From Acutalibacteraceae bacterium (GTDB lineage Bacteria > Bacillota > Clostridia > Oscillospirales > Acutalibacteraceae), in assembly GCA_045596705.1 (NCBI GenBank), contig JAZOCW010000032.1:629-64628 (forward strand): DNA of 64,000 bases. Reading direction: 5' to 3'. This document shows positions 43,525 to 53,389 of the stretch, in pieces. A model generated the notes under the pieces. That model searched no databases. It saw only the letters and a list, made by a program, of their open reading frames with translations, and was not told where the DNA came from. The translations under genes and the position numbers were made by a program. Position 1 is the first letter of the stretch; each line of letters begins with the position of its first letter.

Positions 43525-45027
43525 ATGCAACTTGAGATCAGGTCTGCTAAAAAAAGTATTTCGTCCCGCTGGTTCTTTAATGTCTTTCTTGTAATGGCGG
43601 CTATTGTTGCCGTTCTTGAGATACTTGTGTGTATTATTATACAGAGCCGATATTATAACTCGGTATATGAAACGGCGGCCGGATACAGTAAGGGGCTTTC
43701 TTTGCTTGCTACCTGTGATGCAGCAGATTTTCCCGATGTGGCAAAGGAATATGTTGAGCAGTTTGAACACAAGGAAAAGATCGAGATCCAGATAATCGAC
43801 AGCCGCGGCAGGGTGTTTATAACCTCAAACGGTTTTGCGCCTACGGCAGAGGAAATGCCTGACTATAAGCTGGCGGTGCAGAACGGCGACCCAACCAGAT
43901 GGTCCGGAAAGAACGCAAACGGTGAGTCTATAATGGCCGAGACCACGATTTTGACCGATTTCGGCAACGGCTCAAACGGAGCGGTCAGATGGGTAGTGTC
44001 ACTCGCTCCCGTTAATCGCCGAATAATGATAACCAATATTATCTGCATACTGGCAGGCATTGGAGTTTTGGCGCTTTTCTGGCTTTCGGGCGGTTATTTT
44101 ATCCGTTCTATCGTACGTCCTGTGCAAGAACTCAGCAAAATGGCACGTAAGATCGCAATGGGAGACTTTGATTCGCGCATAGAAACAAAGAACGAAAGCG
44201 AGATAGGCGAGCTTTGCGATTCAATAAACTATATGGCGAGCGAGCTTAAATCGGCAGAACAGCTTAAAAATGATTTTATATCCTCTGTGTCGCACGAGCT
44301 CCGAACCCCCCTGACCGCGATTCGCGGCTGGGGCGAAACGGCAAAAATGTCGGTCGGCACGGATGATGAGATAGTAAAAAAGGGATTGGACGTAGTGCTC
44401 GGAGAGGCGGAGCGCCTTTCCGGTCTTGTGGAGGAACTACTGGATTTCTCGCGTATGCAGTCGGGCAGACTATCGCTTGATATCGGAATTATAAACGTAA
44501 AAGATATTCTGTGTGACGCGGTGGATATGTATATCGAGCTTGCAAAGCAGCAGGAAATAGAGCTTACCTTCCTGCCCGCACCGCGCGATCTCTTTGTTGA
44601 GGGCGACCGCGACAGACTTAAGCAGGTATATATAAATATCGTTGATAACGCTATAAAATATACCGAAAAGGGCGGTCACGTAATAGTTTCACAGTACGAG
44701 GAAGAGGGCGTCGTGCTCACCAAGGTCAATGATACCGGTGTGGGCATTCCGGCGCAGGATGTCGACCGCGTTAAGGAAAAATTCTTCAAATCCAATAAAA
44801 AGGTTCGAGGCTCGGGCATAGGACTTGCAGTTGCTGACGAAATAGTAAAACAGCATAACGGACTGCTCTTTATCGAAAGTAAGGAGGGCGTCGGTACTAC
44901 GGTAACCATTGCCCTGCCGATATGCGAACAGCAACCCGAGATAACCGAGGAGATAATTCCCCCTGCAAGCGAGCAGGACACAATCGCTACCGAAACAGAA
45001 AACAAGGAGACTTTATCCGATGAGTAA
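43525..45027 (+). CDS. sensor histidine kinase (2 TM segments, HAMP, HisKA, HATPase_c)
   Basis: H-box SHELRTPLT, N-box NAIKYT and G-boxes DTGVGI / GSGIGL. Confidence 0.9.
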   Translation: MQLEIRSAKKSISSRWFFNVFLVMAAIVAVLEILVCIIIQSRYYNSVYETAAGYSKGLSLLATCDAADFPDVAKEYVEQFEHKEKIEIQIIDSRGRVFITSNGFAPTAEEMPDYKLAVQNGDPTRWSGKNANGESIMAETTILTDFGNGSNGAVRWVVSLAPVNRRIMITNIICILAGIGVLALFWLSGGYFIRSIVRPVQELSKMARKIAMGDFDSRIETKNESEIGELCDSINYMASELKSAEQLKNDFISSVSHELRTPLTAIRGWGETAKMSVGTDDEIVKKGLDVVLGEAERLSGLVEELLDFSRMQSGRLSLDIGIINVKDILCDAVDMYIELAKQQEIELTFLPAPRDLFVEGDRDRLKQVYINIVDNAIKYTEKGGHVIVSQYEEEGVVLTKVNDTGVGIPAQDVDRVKEKFFKSNKKVRGSGIGLAVADEIVKQHNGLLFIESKEGVGTTVTIALPICEQQPEITEEIIPPASEQDTIATETENKETLSDE

Positions 45028-45973
45028 AAAAACATCTATCGGCGGACAGGCGCTCATTGAGGGCATTATGATGAAGGGCCCGCGAAAGACAGCTATGGCT
45101 GTCCGTCTGCCCGACGGCGGAATAGATATAAGCTATTTAGAGGAAAAGAAATTAAAAGACCGCTTCCCCGTTTTCGGTTGGCCGATAATACGCGGAGTCG
45201 TTAATTTTGTCGAATCAATGCTCACAGGCTACAAGGCACTTATGCTTTCGGCAGATAAATCGGGTTACACCTCGATAGAAGAGGAACAGCCGGACGGAGA
45301 AAAGAAGACCACAAAGCTGTCAGACAAGCTTATGGCAGCGGTAATGGTGGTCGGAATGGTGCTGGGAGTCGGATTGGCAGTAGTACTGTTTATGTTGTTG
45401 CCGCGCCTTGCCGTAGGCGGCTTGCGTGTGCTTTTTGATACAGAGTTTACACCGGTTGTGCGTTCCTCAATCGAACAGCTTATAAAGCTGGAGGTTTTCG
45501 TTTTATATGTATGGCTTGTGTCTTTTATGCAGGATATAAGACGGGTGTTTATGTACCACGGCGCTGAGCATAAGACCATTTTCTGCTATGAAAGCGGACT
45601 TCCTCTGACTATTGAGAACATAAAAAAGCAAAGTCGTTTCCATCCGCGTTGCGGAACCTCGTTTATGATACTTATGATAATAGTAAGTCTGCTGTTTTCC
45701 ACAATAGCACAGATGATATTTCCGCAGGTATATAACATCGCATGGCTTTGGGTAATTGTTAAGATCCTTATGGTTCCGCTGGTTTGCGGTGCAGGCTATG
45801 AGGTGCTCAAGATTTGCGGCAGACACGATAACATATTAACAAGAATAATATCGGCGCCGGGACTTTGGCTGCAAAGAATAACAACTAAAGAGCCTGACGA
45901 GGGTATGATGGAAATTGCCGCCGAGGCGGTGAAGGCCGTGTTGCCCGAGGACCCCGATGAGGACAGGTGGTAA
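45020..45973 (+). CDS. DUF1385 family membrane protein (YqhQ-like)
   Basis: GGQALIEGIMMKG and HGAEHK motifs. It overlaps the kinase stop by 8 nt. Confidence 0.8.
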   Translation: MSKKTSIGGQALIEGIMMKGPRKTAMAVRLPDGGIDISYLEEKKLKDRFPVFGWPIIRGVVNFVESMLTGYKALMLSADKSGYTSIEEEQPDGEKKTTKLSDKLMAAVMVVGMVLGVGLAVVLFMLLPRLAVGGLRVLFDTEFTPVVRSSIEQLIKLEVFVLYVWLVSFMQDIRRVFMYHGAEHKTIFCYESGLPLTIENIKKQSRFHPRCGTSFMILMIIVSLLFSTIAQMIFPQVYNIAWLWVIVKILMVPLVCGAGYEVLKICGRHDNILTRIISAPGLWLQRITTKEPDEGMMEIAAEAVKAVLPEDPDEDRW

Positions 45974-45974
45974 T

Positions 45975-46739
45975 ATGACCGAAAAGCAAGCAAGGGATAT
46001 GCTTTGCGATGCAGGTGTTGAGTCTGCGGCTTTTGAGGCGCGTCAGCTTTTCGCGTTTGCAAAAGGCGACGATAAAAAACTGCTTGAACTTATTCATCGA
46101 CGTGCAGACGGCGAGCCGTTGCAGTATTTGCTAGGCGAGTGGGAATTTTACGGACTCCCCTTTTATGTCGGCAGCGGCGTGCTTATTCCACGCCCCGATA
46201 CCGAAACACTTGCCGACCTGGCGATAGAGTTTTTACAGGACAGAAAGGCAGACTGCATCGACCTGTGCTCAGGCAGCGGATGCTTAGCAGTAAGTGTAGA
46301 AAAAAACTGCAAAAACACGGACGTTACGGCGATAGAAAAGTCGGACGAGGCGTATGATTTTCTTATAAAAAACATAGCGCTAAATAAAAGCCGTGTTAAA
46401 GCGGTAAAAGGAGATATCACAAAGGATATTTTCGGTAGGTATGATCTTATAATAAGCAACCCGCCGTACATAAAAACCGAAGACCTCGAAACGCTTCAGC
46501 GTGAGGTGCATCACGAACCGAAAGCCGCGCTTGACGGCGGCGAGGACGGACTTTTATTTTACAGAGAAATTGCAGACAAATGGATACCCCGTTTGAAGGC
46601 GGGCGGTATGCTTGCGGTAGAGATAGGAATCGGTCAGCAGGACGATGTAAAAAAACTGTTTCGCGAGTCGGGATTAAAAAATATAGGCGAGCGAAAAGAC
46701 CTTTGCGGGGTCGTGAGGGTGGTTTTCGGGACTTTGTAA
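45975..46739 (+). CDS. prmC: peptide chain release factor N5-glutamine methyltransferase
   Basis: I chose the ATG at 45975. The SAM motif is DLCSGSG and the NPPY motif is present. Confidence 0.85.
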   Translation: MTEKQARDMLCDAGVESAAFEARQLFAFAKGDDKKLLELIHRRADGEPLQYLLGEWEFYGLPFYVGSGVLIPRPDTETLADLAIEFLQDRKADCIDLCSGSGCLAVSVEKNCKNTDVTAIEKSDEAYDFLIKNIALNKSRVKAVKGDITKDIFGRYDLIISNPPYIKTEDLETLQREVHHEPKAALDGGEDGLLFYREIADKWIPRLKAGGMLAVEIGIGQQDDVKKLFRESGLKNIGERKDLCGVVRVVFGTL

Positions 46740-46780
46740 ATGGTATAGTATAACCGTAATAAATATAAAGGAGAATTATT

Positions 46781-47872
46781 ATGGCAGATGATAAGAACAA
46801 GGCGTTGCAAACAGCCCTCGGACAGATCGAAAAGCAGTTCGGTAAGGGTGCGATAATGCGTCTGGGCGAGAATGTCGGAATGGAGGTAGAGCACATACCG
46901 ACGGGTTCGGTTTCGCTGGATATGGCGCTGGGAATCGGCGGACTGCCGCGCGGCAGAATAGTCGAGATCTACGGACCGGAATCTTCCGGTAAGACCACGC
47001 TTGCGCTCCACGCAATAGCCGAAACACAGAAAAAGGGCGGAACAGCCGCGTTTATCGACGTAGAGCACGCGCTCGACCCTGTATATTCCAAAAATCTCGG
47101 AGTAGATATTGATTCGCTGTTGGTATCTCAGCCCGATACCGGTGAGCAGGCGCTCGAAATTACCGAGGCGCTTGTGCGTTCGGGAGCTATCGATATAGTA
47201 GTAATCGACTCGGTTGCCGCACTTGTTCCGCGCGCTGAGATAGAGGGCGAAATGGGTGATTCGCACGTAGGTCTGCATGCAAGGCTTATGTCACAGGCAC
47301 TCAGAAAGCTGGCGGGCGCGATTTCAAAATCTAACTGTATTGCGATATTTATAAACCAGCTGCGCGAAAAGGTCGGCGTTATCTACGGACCGACCGAAAC
47401 GACAACGGGCGGACGTGCGCTTAAGTTTTACGCCTCTGTGCGTATAGATGTTCGCAGGACCGAAACAATAAAGGTAAACGGCGAGATGATTGGCTCACGC
47501 ACCAAGGCGAAGATAGTTAAAAATAAGGTTGCTCCCCCATTCCGTGAGGCTATGTTTGATATTATGTACGGAACAGGAATTTCCCGTGAAGGCGAGATAG
47601 TTGATCTCGGCGTTGAATATGAGGTCATTAAGCGTTCGGGCGCGTGGTTCTATTACGGAGAGACCCGCTTAGGACAGGGCCGCGACAACGTAAAAATACT
47701 GCTTGCCGACAACCCCGAGCTTGCAACCGAGATCGAACAGAAAATATTTGCCGCCGCTAAGATAAACGGCGGAGAAGATGACGCGATCGTATCGACTGTT
47801 ACGCCTCCCACGCCCGCAGATGAGGCTCCCAAGAAGCGAAAGATCAACATCGACGTAGCGGTTGACGAATAA
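46781..47872 (+). CDS. recA: recombinase RecA
   Basis: GPESSGKTT Walker A and an unmistakable RecA core. Confidence 0.97.
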   Translation: MADDKNKALQTALGQIEKQFGKGAIMRLGENVGMEVEHIPTGSVSLDMALGIGGLPRGRIVEIYGPESSGKTTLALHAIAETQKKGGTAAFIDVEHALDPVYSKNLGVDIDSLLVSQPDTGEQALEITEALVRSGAIDIVVIDSVAALVPRAEIEGEMGDSHVGLHARLMSQALRKLAGAISKSNCIAIFINQLREKVGVIYGPTETTTGGRALKFYASVRIDVRRTETIKVNGEMIGSRTKAKIVKNKVAPPFREAMFDIMYGTGISREGEIVDLGVEYEVIKRSGAWFYYGETRLGQGRDNVKILLADNPELATEIEQKIFAAAKINGGEDDAIVSTVTPPTPADEAPKKRKINIDVAVDE

Positions 47873-48489
47873 TGAAGATAACCGGAATAGAGCAACGCCG
47901 TAAAGGGCTTTGCTGTGTGAAGGCTGACGGCGAGGAGTTTTTGATAAACAGCGACACCGTCGCGAAAGCGGCACTTAAAGAGGGCGATGAGATCAGCGGT
48001 GAGCAAATGGAACAACTGTTGAGGGAGTCGGATTATCAGCGCGCAAAATCGCGAGCGCTATGGTATCTCTCCCGCGGAGATCACACCTGCCACGCGCTGT
48101 ATACAAAGCTTTGCCGCGCCTTTCCGCCGCAGGCGGCACAATCGGCAGTTGACCGCATGTGTGAGCTGGGACTCTTAGACGATCTTCGCTATGCGCGCAA
48201 TGCGGCCGAGACGCTTGCGGCTGCCAACATATCCGGGCGAGAGATTTTACGAAAACTTTTCGCAAAGGGTGTTCCGAACGAAATTGCGAAGCAGGCGGTA
48301 GAGGAGCTTTCCCCCGATGCGGCATCGCAGATAGCGGCACTTTTACAGCACAAATACTTTCGCCGGCTTGAAAGCGAGGACGGTGTGCAAAAGGTCTACG
48401 CTGCGCTGTTGAGAAAAGGCTTTTCATATTCGGATGTTAAGAGCGCGTTGCGCGAATATTCGGAAAAATTAGATAATTGCGAGGAATAA
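47872..48489 (+). CDS. recX: recombination regulator RecX
   Basis: It lies immediately after recA (its ATG follows the recA TAA directly). Three-helix repeat pattern. Confidence 0.8.
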   Translation: MKITGIEQRRKGLCCVKADGEEFLINSDTVAKAALKEGDEISGEQMEQLLRESDYQRAKSRALWYLSRGDHTCHALYTKLCRAFPPQAAQSAVDRMCELGLLDDLRYARNAAETLAAANISGREILRKLFAKGVPNEIAKQAVEELSPDAASQIAALLQHKYFRRLESEDGVQKVYAALLRKGFSYSDVKSALREYSEKLDNCEE

Positions 48490-48492
48490 TTA

Positions 48493-49833
48493 ATGGCATA
48501 TAAGGTTGCAATGGTATCGCTCGGATGCCCTAAAAATCAGGTTGATGCCGAGCAGATGCTCTATACGCTGAAGACCGCCGGATACGAGCTTGTGTCAGAG
48601 GAGGCACAGGCGGATGTTATAATTATAAACACCTGCGGTTTTATAGAGGATGCAAAGCGTGAGGCTATTGAAAATATAATCGAGGCGGCGCAGTATAAAA
48701 AAGAAGGCGCACTGAAACTGCTCGTGGTGACGGGTTGCCTTGCCGAACGCTACCGTGACGACATAACCGAGGAAATACCCGAGGTAGATATGGTGGTCGG
48801 CATAGGAAGCAACGGCAAAATCGCCGAGCTTATAAGAACCGCACTGGAAAGCGGAGCTGAAAATTCATATGGCGAAAAATTTTCGTTAGACCTTGACGGC
48901 AAACGTATTCTGGGCGGAGCTCCATACACAGCGTATGTAAAAATTGCTGACGGATGCGATAACTGTTGTACCTACTGTGCGATTCCTTCCATACGCGGAC
49001 GCTTTCGTTCCCGCACGCAGGAAAGCATCATATCCGAGGTAAGAGAGCTGGCAGAAAACGGAGTAAGTGAGATAATAGTTGTTGCACAGGATACCACCGC
49101 ATACGGCATTGATATTTACGGTGAGTATGCGCTTGCAAAGCTTCTCAGAGAGCTTTGCAAAATAGACGGAATCAGATGGATACGAACCCTTTATACCTAT
49201 CCTGATAAGATAACCGATGAGTTGCTGTGCGCACTTCGCGAAGAGCCGAAGCTTTGTAAATATCTCGACATACCGTTACAGCATTGCAATGATGAAATAT
49301 TAAAACGTATGAACCGTAAGGGAACAAAATCGGATATAGAAAAAACGCTTTCTCACATACGAAAAGAGGTTCCCGAAATTACACTGCGCACCACACTTAT
49401 AACCGGCTTCCCCGGTGAGAGCGAAGCGCAATACGAGGAGCTTTGTGAGTTTGTAAAGGAGCAACGGTTTGACCGACTGGGTTGCTTTGCCTATTCTGCC
49501 GAGGAGGATACTCCGGCGGCACTGTTCCCTGACCAGATAGACGAACAGGTAAAGCTTGACCGAGCTGAGCATATTATGACCGATCAGCTTACCATAGCAG
49601 GCGAGAAAAACGCCGAGCGCATCGGCACCGATACCGAGGTGCTTATCGAGGGGTATGACAGCTATATCCGCTGTTATTACGGACGCAGTCCTGCCGAGGC
49701 ACCCGAAGTTGACGGAAAGATATTCTTTATAGCCGACCGACCGCTGGTTATCGGCGATTACGTTAAAGTACATATAAATGACAGCATTGAATACGATTTG
49801 TTAGGAGAGATGATAAATGAATCTGCCGAATAA
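48493..49833 (+). CDS. rimO: ribosomal protein S12 methylthiotransferase RimO
   Basis: N-terminal UPF0004 Cys triad, radical-SAM CDNCCTYC and a C-terminal TRAM domain. Confidence 0.85.
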   Translation: MAYKVAMVSLGCPKNQVDAEQMLYTLKTAGYELVSEEAQADVIIINTCGFIEDAKREAIENIIEAAQYKKEGALKLLVVTGCLAERYRDDITEEIPEVDMVVGIGSNGKIAELIRTALESGAENSYGEKFSLDLDGKRILGGAPYTAYVKIADGCDNCCTYCAIPSIRGRFRSRTQESIISEVRELAENGVSEIIVVAQDTTAYGIDIYGEYALAKLLRELCKIDGIRWIRTLYTYPDKITDELLCALREEPKLCKYLDIPLQHCNDEILKRMNRKGTKSDIEKTLSHIRKEVPEITLRTTLITGFPGESEAQYEELCEFVKEQRFDRLGCFAYSAEEDTPAALFPDQIDEQVKLDRAEHIMTDQLTIAGEKNAERIGTDTEVLIEGYDSYIRCYYGRSPAEAPEVDGKIFFIADRPLVIGDYVKVHINDSIEYDLLGEMINESAE

Positions 49834-50392
49834 GCTGACCGTTGCACGAATAATAGCAACACCTATATTTATGTTTACGATGATCTGTAACTTCAAGGGT
49901 CATTACCTTGTTGCACTGATAATCTTTATACTTGCTTCGCTTACAGATATGCTTGACGGAAATATCGCCCGTAAACGCGGACTTGTTACCGATTTCGGTA
50001 AGTTTTTAGACCCTCTTGCCGATAAAATGCTGACAACAGCTGCATACCTCGGACTGCTTGCGGCAAACGCCTGCAGAGGCATCACTTGGATAGTGTTTAT
50101 CGTTCTCTTCCGCGAGTTTATGATAACCTCGCTGCGGTTGGTTGCAGTACAAAGCGGCAGAGTTATCGCCGCCAATATGTGGGGCAAGGCTAAGACCGTC
50201 AGCCAGATGGCGGCAATTATCGTAACGCTCTTTATTGCAAGTATACTTTCGTTTGTTTCCTTGTCGGATACGGCGGCATGGATCGCAAGCCTTATAATAA
50301 CGCTTATGCTTTGGGCAAGTGCGATTTTGACTGTGATTTCGGGCGTTATCTATATTATCGACAATAAGGATTGCATTGTTTCATCTAAATAA
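49817..50392 (+). CDS. pgsA: CDP-diacylglycerol-glycerol-3-phosphate 3-phosphatidyltransferase
   Basis: CDP-alcohol phosphotransferase motif DMLDGNIAR....G.FLDPLADK. Confidence 0.9.
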   Translation: MNLPNKLTVARIIATPIFMFTMICNFKGHYLVALIIFILASLTDMLDGNIARKRGLVTDFGKFLDPLADKMLTTAAYLGLLAANACRGITWIVFIVLFREFMITSLRLVAVQSGRVIAANMWGKAKTVSQMAAIIVTLFIASILSFVSLSDTAAWIASLIITLMLWASAILTVISGVIYIIDNKDCIVSSK

Positions 50393-50395
50393 AAG

Positions 50396-50424
50396 TAGAC
50401 AAAACAGAAAAACTGTAATATAAT
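50396..50424 (+). promoter_or_regulatory. sigma-A type promoter TAGACA-17-TATAAT
   Basis: TAGACA at 50396-50401 and TATAAT at 50419-50424, directly upstream of the T-box leader. Confidence 0.6.
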
Positions 50425-50447
50425 GTAGTATATTCTAAATGCGTTTA

Positions 50448-50651
50448 TCGGGAAAAGTAACTGCGAAACCGAGCTAAGAGAGGATCCGGTAGGTGAAAGG
50501 ATCAGGAGGGGTTGCAGTGAAAATTGCATCCCGACAGCACGCCGTAGGAAATGACGGCGCGGTTGGCACCGTTATATGCTTTTAAGTTATAAACAGGAGT
50601 GGAACCGTGGATAAAACCGCCTCCGTTGCGTAAGCAGCGGAGGCTTTTTTT
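50448..50651 (+). promoter_or_regulatory. T-box leader (Cys specifier UGC) with terminator/antiterminator
   Basis: Stem I base is tcggga/tcccga (50448-53 / 50529-34). AGAGAG is at 50477-82 and the distal loop GGTAGGTGAAA at 50488-98. The specifier TGC at 50525-27 is followed by A. The T-box is GGAG-UGGAACC-GUGG at 50596-50610. The terminator is at 50619-50651. Confidence 0.8.
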
Positions 50652-50665
50652 ATAGGAGTGATAGT

Positions 50666-51301
50666 ATGTTTGACAGATTACGCGAGGATATAGCCGCCTT
50701 TCGTGAGCGCGATCCTGCGGCACGAAGCGGGCTGGAGATATTCTTTCTCTATCCGGGCTTTAGGGCGGTTAGAATGTATCGCAAGGCGAACTGGTTTTAC
50801 CGTCATAATATGAAGTTTATCGCTCGCTTTATTTCACAGCGCGCAGTCAGAAAAACCGGAATAGAAATACACCCTGCGGCAACGATAGGCCGCCGTCTGG
50901 TCATCGACCACGGAACGGGTGTCGTTATAGGTGAGACTGCAGAAATAGGCGATGACGTTTTGATATATCAGGGCGTGACCCTTGGGGGCACGGGAAAACA
51001 AAAAGGCAAACGCCATCCCACTATCGGAAACGGCGTTATGATAAGTAGCGGCGCAAAGGTGCTCGGCTCCTTCAAGGTAGGCGATAATGCGCGAATAGCG
51101 GCGGGTGCCGTGGTGCTTGAAGAAGTACCGCCCGACAGCACGGCGGTCGGCGTGCCGGCGCGTGTTGTTAAACGAAGCGGTATACGCGTTACCCCGATGG
51201 ATCAGGTGCACATACCCGACCCCGTTGCACAGGAGATATGCAGACTGGATATGAAAATAAAGGAACTGGAAGGAAGACTTGCTGAATATGAAGATCTTTA
51301 A
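50666..51301 (+). CDS. cysE: serine O-acetyltransferase
   Basis: Hexapeptide repeats and the typical N-terminus FRERDPAARS.LE....YPGF. Confidence 0.9.
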   Translation: MFDRLREDIAAFRERDPAARSGLEIFFLYPGFRAVRMYRKANWFYRHNMKFIARFISQRAVRKTGIEIHPAATIGRRLVIDHGTGVVIGETAEIGDDVLIYQGVTLGGTGKQKGKRHPTIGNGVMISSGAKVLGSFKVGDNARIAAGAVVLEEVPPDSTAVGVPARVVKRSGIRVTPMDQVHIPDPVAQEICRLDMKIKELEGRLAEYEDL

Positions 51302-52667
51302 TACTCTGACCCGACAAAAGGAAGAACTCATCCCAATAACCGAGGGCGAATATAAGATATACGCCTGCGGACCTACGGTATACAACTTTATCCATATAGG
51401 AAACGCAAGACCGCTGTGCGTGTTTGACGTGCTTCGCCGATATCTTGAATGGCGCGGCAACAAGGTCAGCTTTGTTCAGAATTTTACCGATATTGACGAC
51501 AAGCTTATCCGCAAGGCAAACGAAAACGGCATAACCGTGCCGCAGGTTGCCGAGCAATTTATAAAAGAATATTGGACCGACGCCGACGGACTGAATATCC
51601 GCCGCGCTACGGTGCACCCCAAGGCAACAGAAAACATAGATGCTATTCAAGGCATAATAGCCTCACTCATAGAAAAGGGATATGCCTACGAATCGCAGGG
51701 TGACGTATATTTCCGCGCCCGCAAATTTGACGAGTACGGAAAGCTTTCGCATCAGCCGCTCGATGAACTGGAGGCGGGAGCGAGAATCGATGTTACAGAT
51801 ATAAAGGAAGACCCGATGGACTTCTGCTTGTGGAAATCTGCCAAACCCGGTGAGCCGTTTTGGCCCTCACCGTGGGGCGACGGAAGACCCGGCTGGCATA
51901 TTGAGTGTTCGGCAATGGCAGGCAAATATCTCGGCAACACGATAGATATTCACTGCGGCGGACAGGATCTTATCTTCCCCCACCACGAAAATGAAATTGC
52001 ACAGAGCGAGTGCGCCAACGGCTGTGATTTTGCTCACTATTGGATGCATAACGGATATATCAACGTTGACAACCGCAAGATGTCCAAGTCGCTGAACAAC
52101 TTCTTTACTGTCCGTGAGGTGGCGCAGGTCTACGGCTACGAGCCGATCAGATTTATTATGATCTCATCTCACTACCGCAGTCCTATAAACTACTCTGCAG
52201 AAATAATTGAACAGAGCAAAAACGCGCTCGAACGTATGTATACCTGCCGCGAAGCGCTCACCTTTGCCATTGAAAAAGCTAATGACGGCGGCACCGCGCC
52301 CGAGTTTATAAAGACCCGTCGCGAGGAGTTTATCGCCGCAATGGATGATGACCTCAACACCGCCGATGCGCTCGGAACGGTATTTAGCCTCATAAAGGAT
52401 ATAAATCTGCTTATAGCGTCGGGAGCCGAAAAGGAGACACTTTCGGCTGCGCTCGCCGCATATGATGAGCTTTGCGGTGTTTTGGGTCTCGTTTACAATG
52501 TAAAGGAAGACTCACTTGACGCCGAGATCGAGGAGCTCATTGAAAAGCGCACCGCGGCACGCAAGGCAAAGGATTTTGCCGCCGCCGACGCAATACGCGA
52601 CCAACTGAAGGATATGGGAATAATACTCGAGGATACACCGCAGGGTGTAAAATGGAGCAGAAAATGA
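51288..52667 (+). CDS. cysS: cysteine-tRNA ligase
   Basis: I chose the ATG at 51288 (MKIFNTLTR). HIGN and KMSKS motifs are present. Confidence 0.95.
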   Translation: MKIFNTLTRQKEELIPITEGEYKIYACGPTVYNFIHIGNARPLCVFDVLRRYLEWRGNKVSFVQNFTDIDDKLIRKANENGITVPQVAEQFIKEYWTDADGLNIRRATVHPKATENIDAIQGIIASLIEKGYAYESQGDVYFRARKFDEYGKLSHQPLDELEAGARIDVTDIKEDPMDFCLWKSAKPGEPFWPSPWGDGRPGWHIECSAMAGKYLGNTIDIHCGGQDLIFPHHENEIAQSECANGCDFAHYWMHNGYINVDNRKMSKSLNNFFTVREVAQVYGYEPIRFIMISSHYRSPINYSAEIIEQSKNALERMYTCREALTFAIEKANDGGTAPEFIKTRREEFIAAMDDDLNTADALGTVFSLIKDINLLIASGAEKETLSAALAAYDELCGVLGLVYNVKEDSLDAEIEELIEKRTAARKAKDFAAADAIRDQLKDMGIILEDTPQGVKWSRK

Positions 52668-53389
52668 TAAAAAAAGAGCCGATAGGCGAAGGCATAGAAA
52701 TATATGTATCGGATAATCATTGCTTTGGCACCGATGCAATATTGCTTTCAAACTTTGCCGCCCCCCGTAAAACCGATAAAGCGTGCGATCTCGGCACAGG
52801 CTGCGGCATAATACCGCTGTTGTGGTGCCGTACCGATGCGCCCAAGATAGCGGTCGGGGTGGACATTCAGCCTGAGGCGTGCGAGCTTGCACAAAAAACG
52901 ATTGATGAAAACAGACTCAACGAAAAATTTTCGGTAATTTGCAGCGACTTGCTAAAATTAAAAGGCAAGGTAGAGTTCGGCAGTTTTCAGCTTGTCACCT
53001 GCAATCCGCCGTATAAGGCTCCCGGCGCGGGGATCGCCAGTCGCGGCTCGGCTGACCTTATTGCGCGGCATGAGACCGCCTGCACGTTGGAGGATATTAT
53101 AGCTGTTTCGGCAAAGCTTTTGCAGACCTCGGGCAGGCTGTGTATGTGCAACCGTCCTGAACGGCTTGCCGATATGATGGCGCTTATGCGAAAACACAAG
53201 CTGGAGCCCAAGCGTATGCGGCTTGTGTGTCAGCGTCTCGGCACCGAGCCATGGCTGGTCTTGCTTGAAGGCAGGCGGTGCGGAAACAGCGGTTTAAGGA
53301 TAATGCCGCCGCTTTATATTGAGGATGGCGAAAATTTTTCGAAAGAAATGCTGGAGATTTACGGAAGTTATAAGGAGAACAGAGGATGA
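52664..53389 (+). CDS. tRNA (adenine-N6)-methyltransferase-like (TrmN6/YfiC family)
   Basis: ATGA overlap with the cysS stop. SAM motif DLGTGCG and NPPY motif. Confidence 0.75.
   Translation: MIKKEPIGEGIEIYVSDNHCFGTDAILLSNFAAPRKTDKACDLGTGCGIIPLLWCRTDAPKIAVGVDIQPEACELAQKTIDENRLNEKFSVICSDLLKLKGKVEFGSFQLVTCNPPYKAPGAGIASRGSADLIARHETACTLEDIIAVSAKLLQTSGRLCMCNRPERLADMMALMRKHKLEPKRMRLVCQRLGTEPWLVLLEGRRCGNSGLRIMPPLYIEDGENFSKEMLEIYGSYKENRG

Noticed and set aside
46740-46780. LexA/SOS box (GAAC-N4-GTTC type) upstream of recA.
   Set aside because: No such palindrome is visible in the 41-nt spacer or in the end of prmC.
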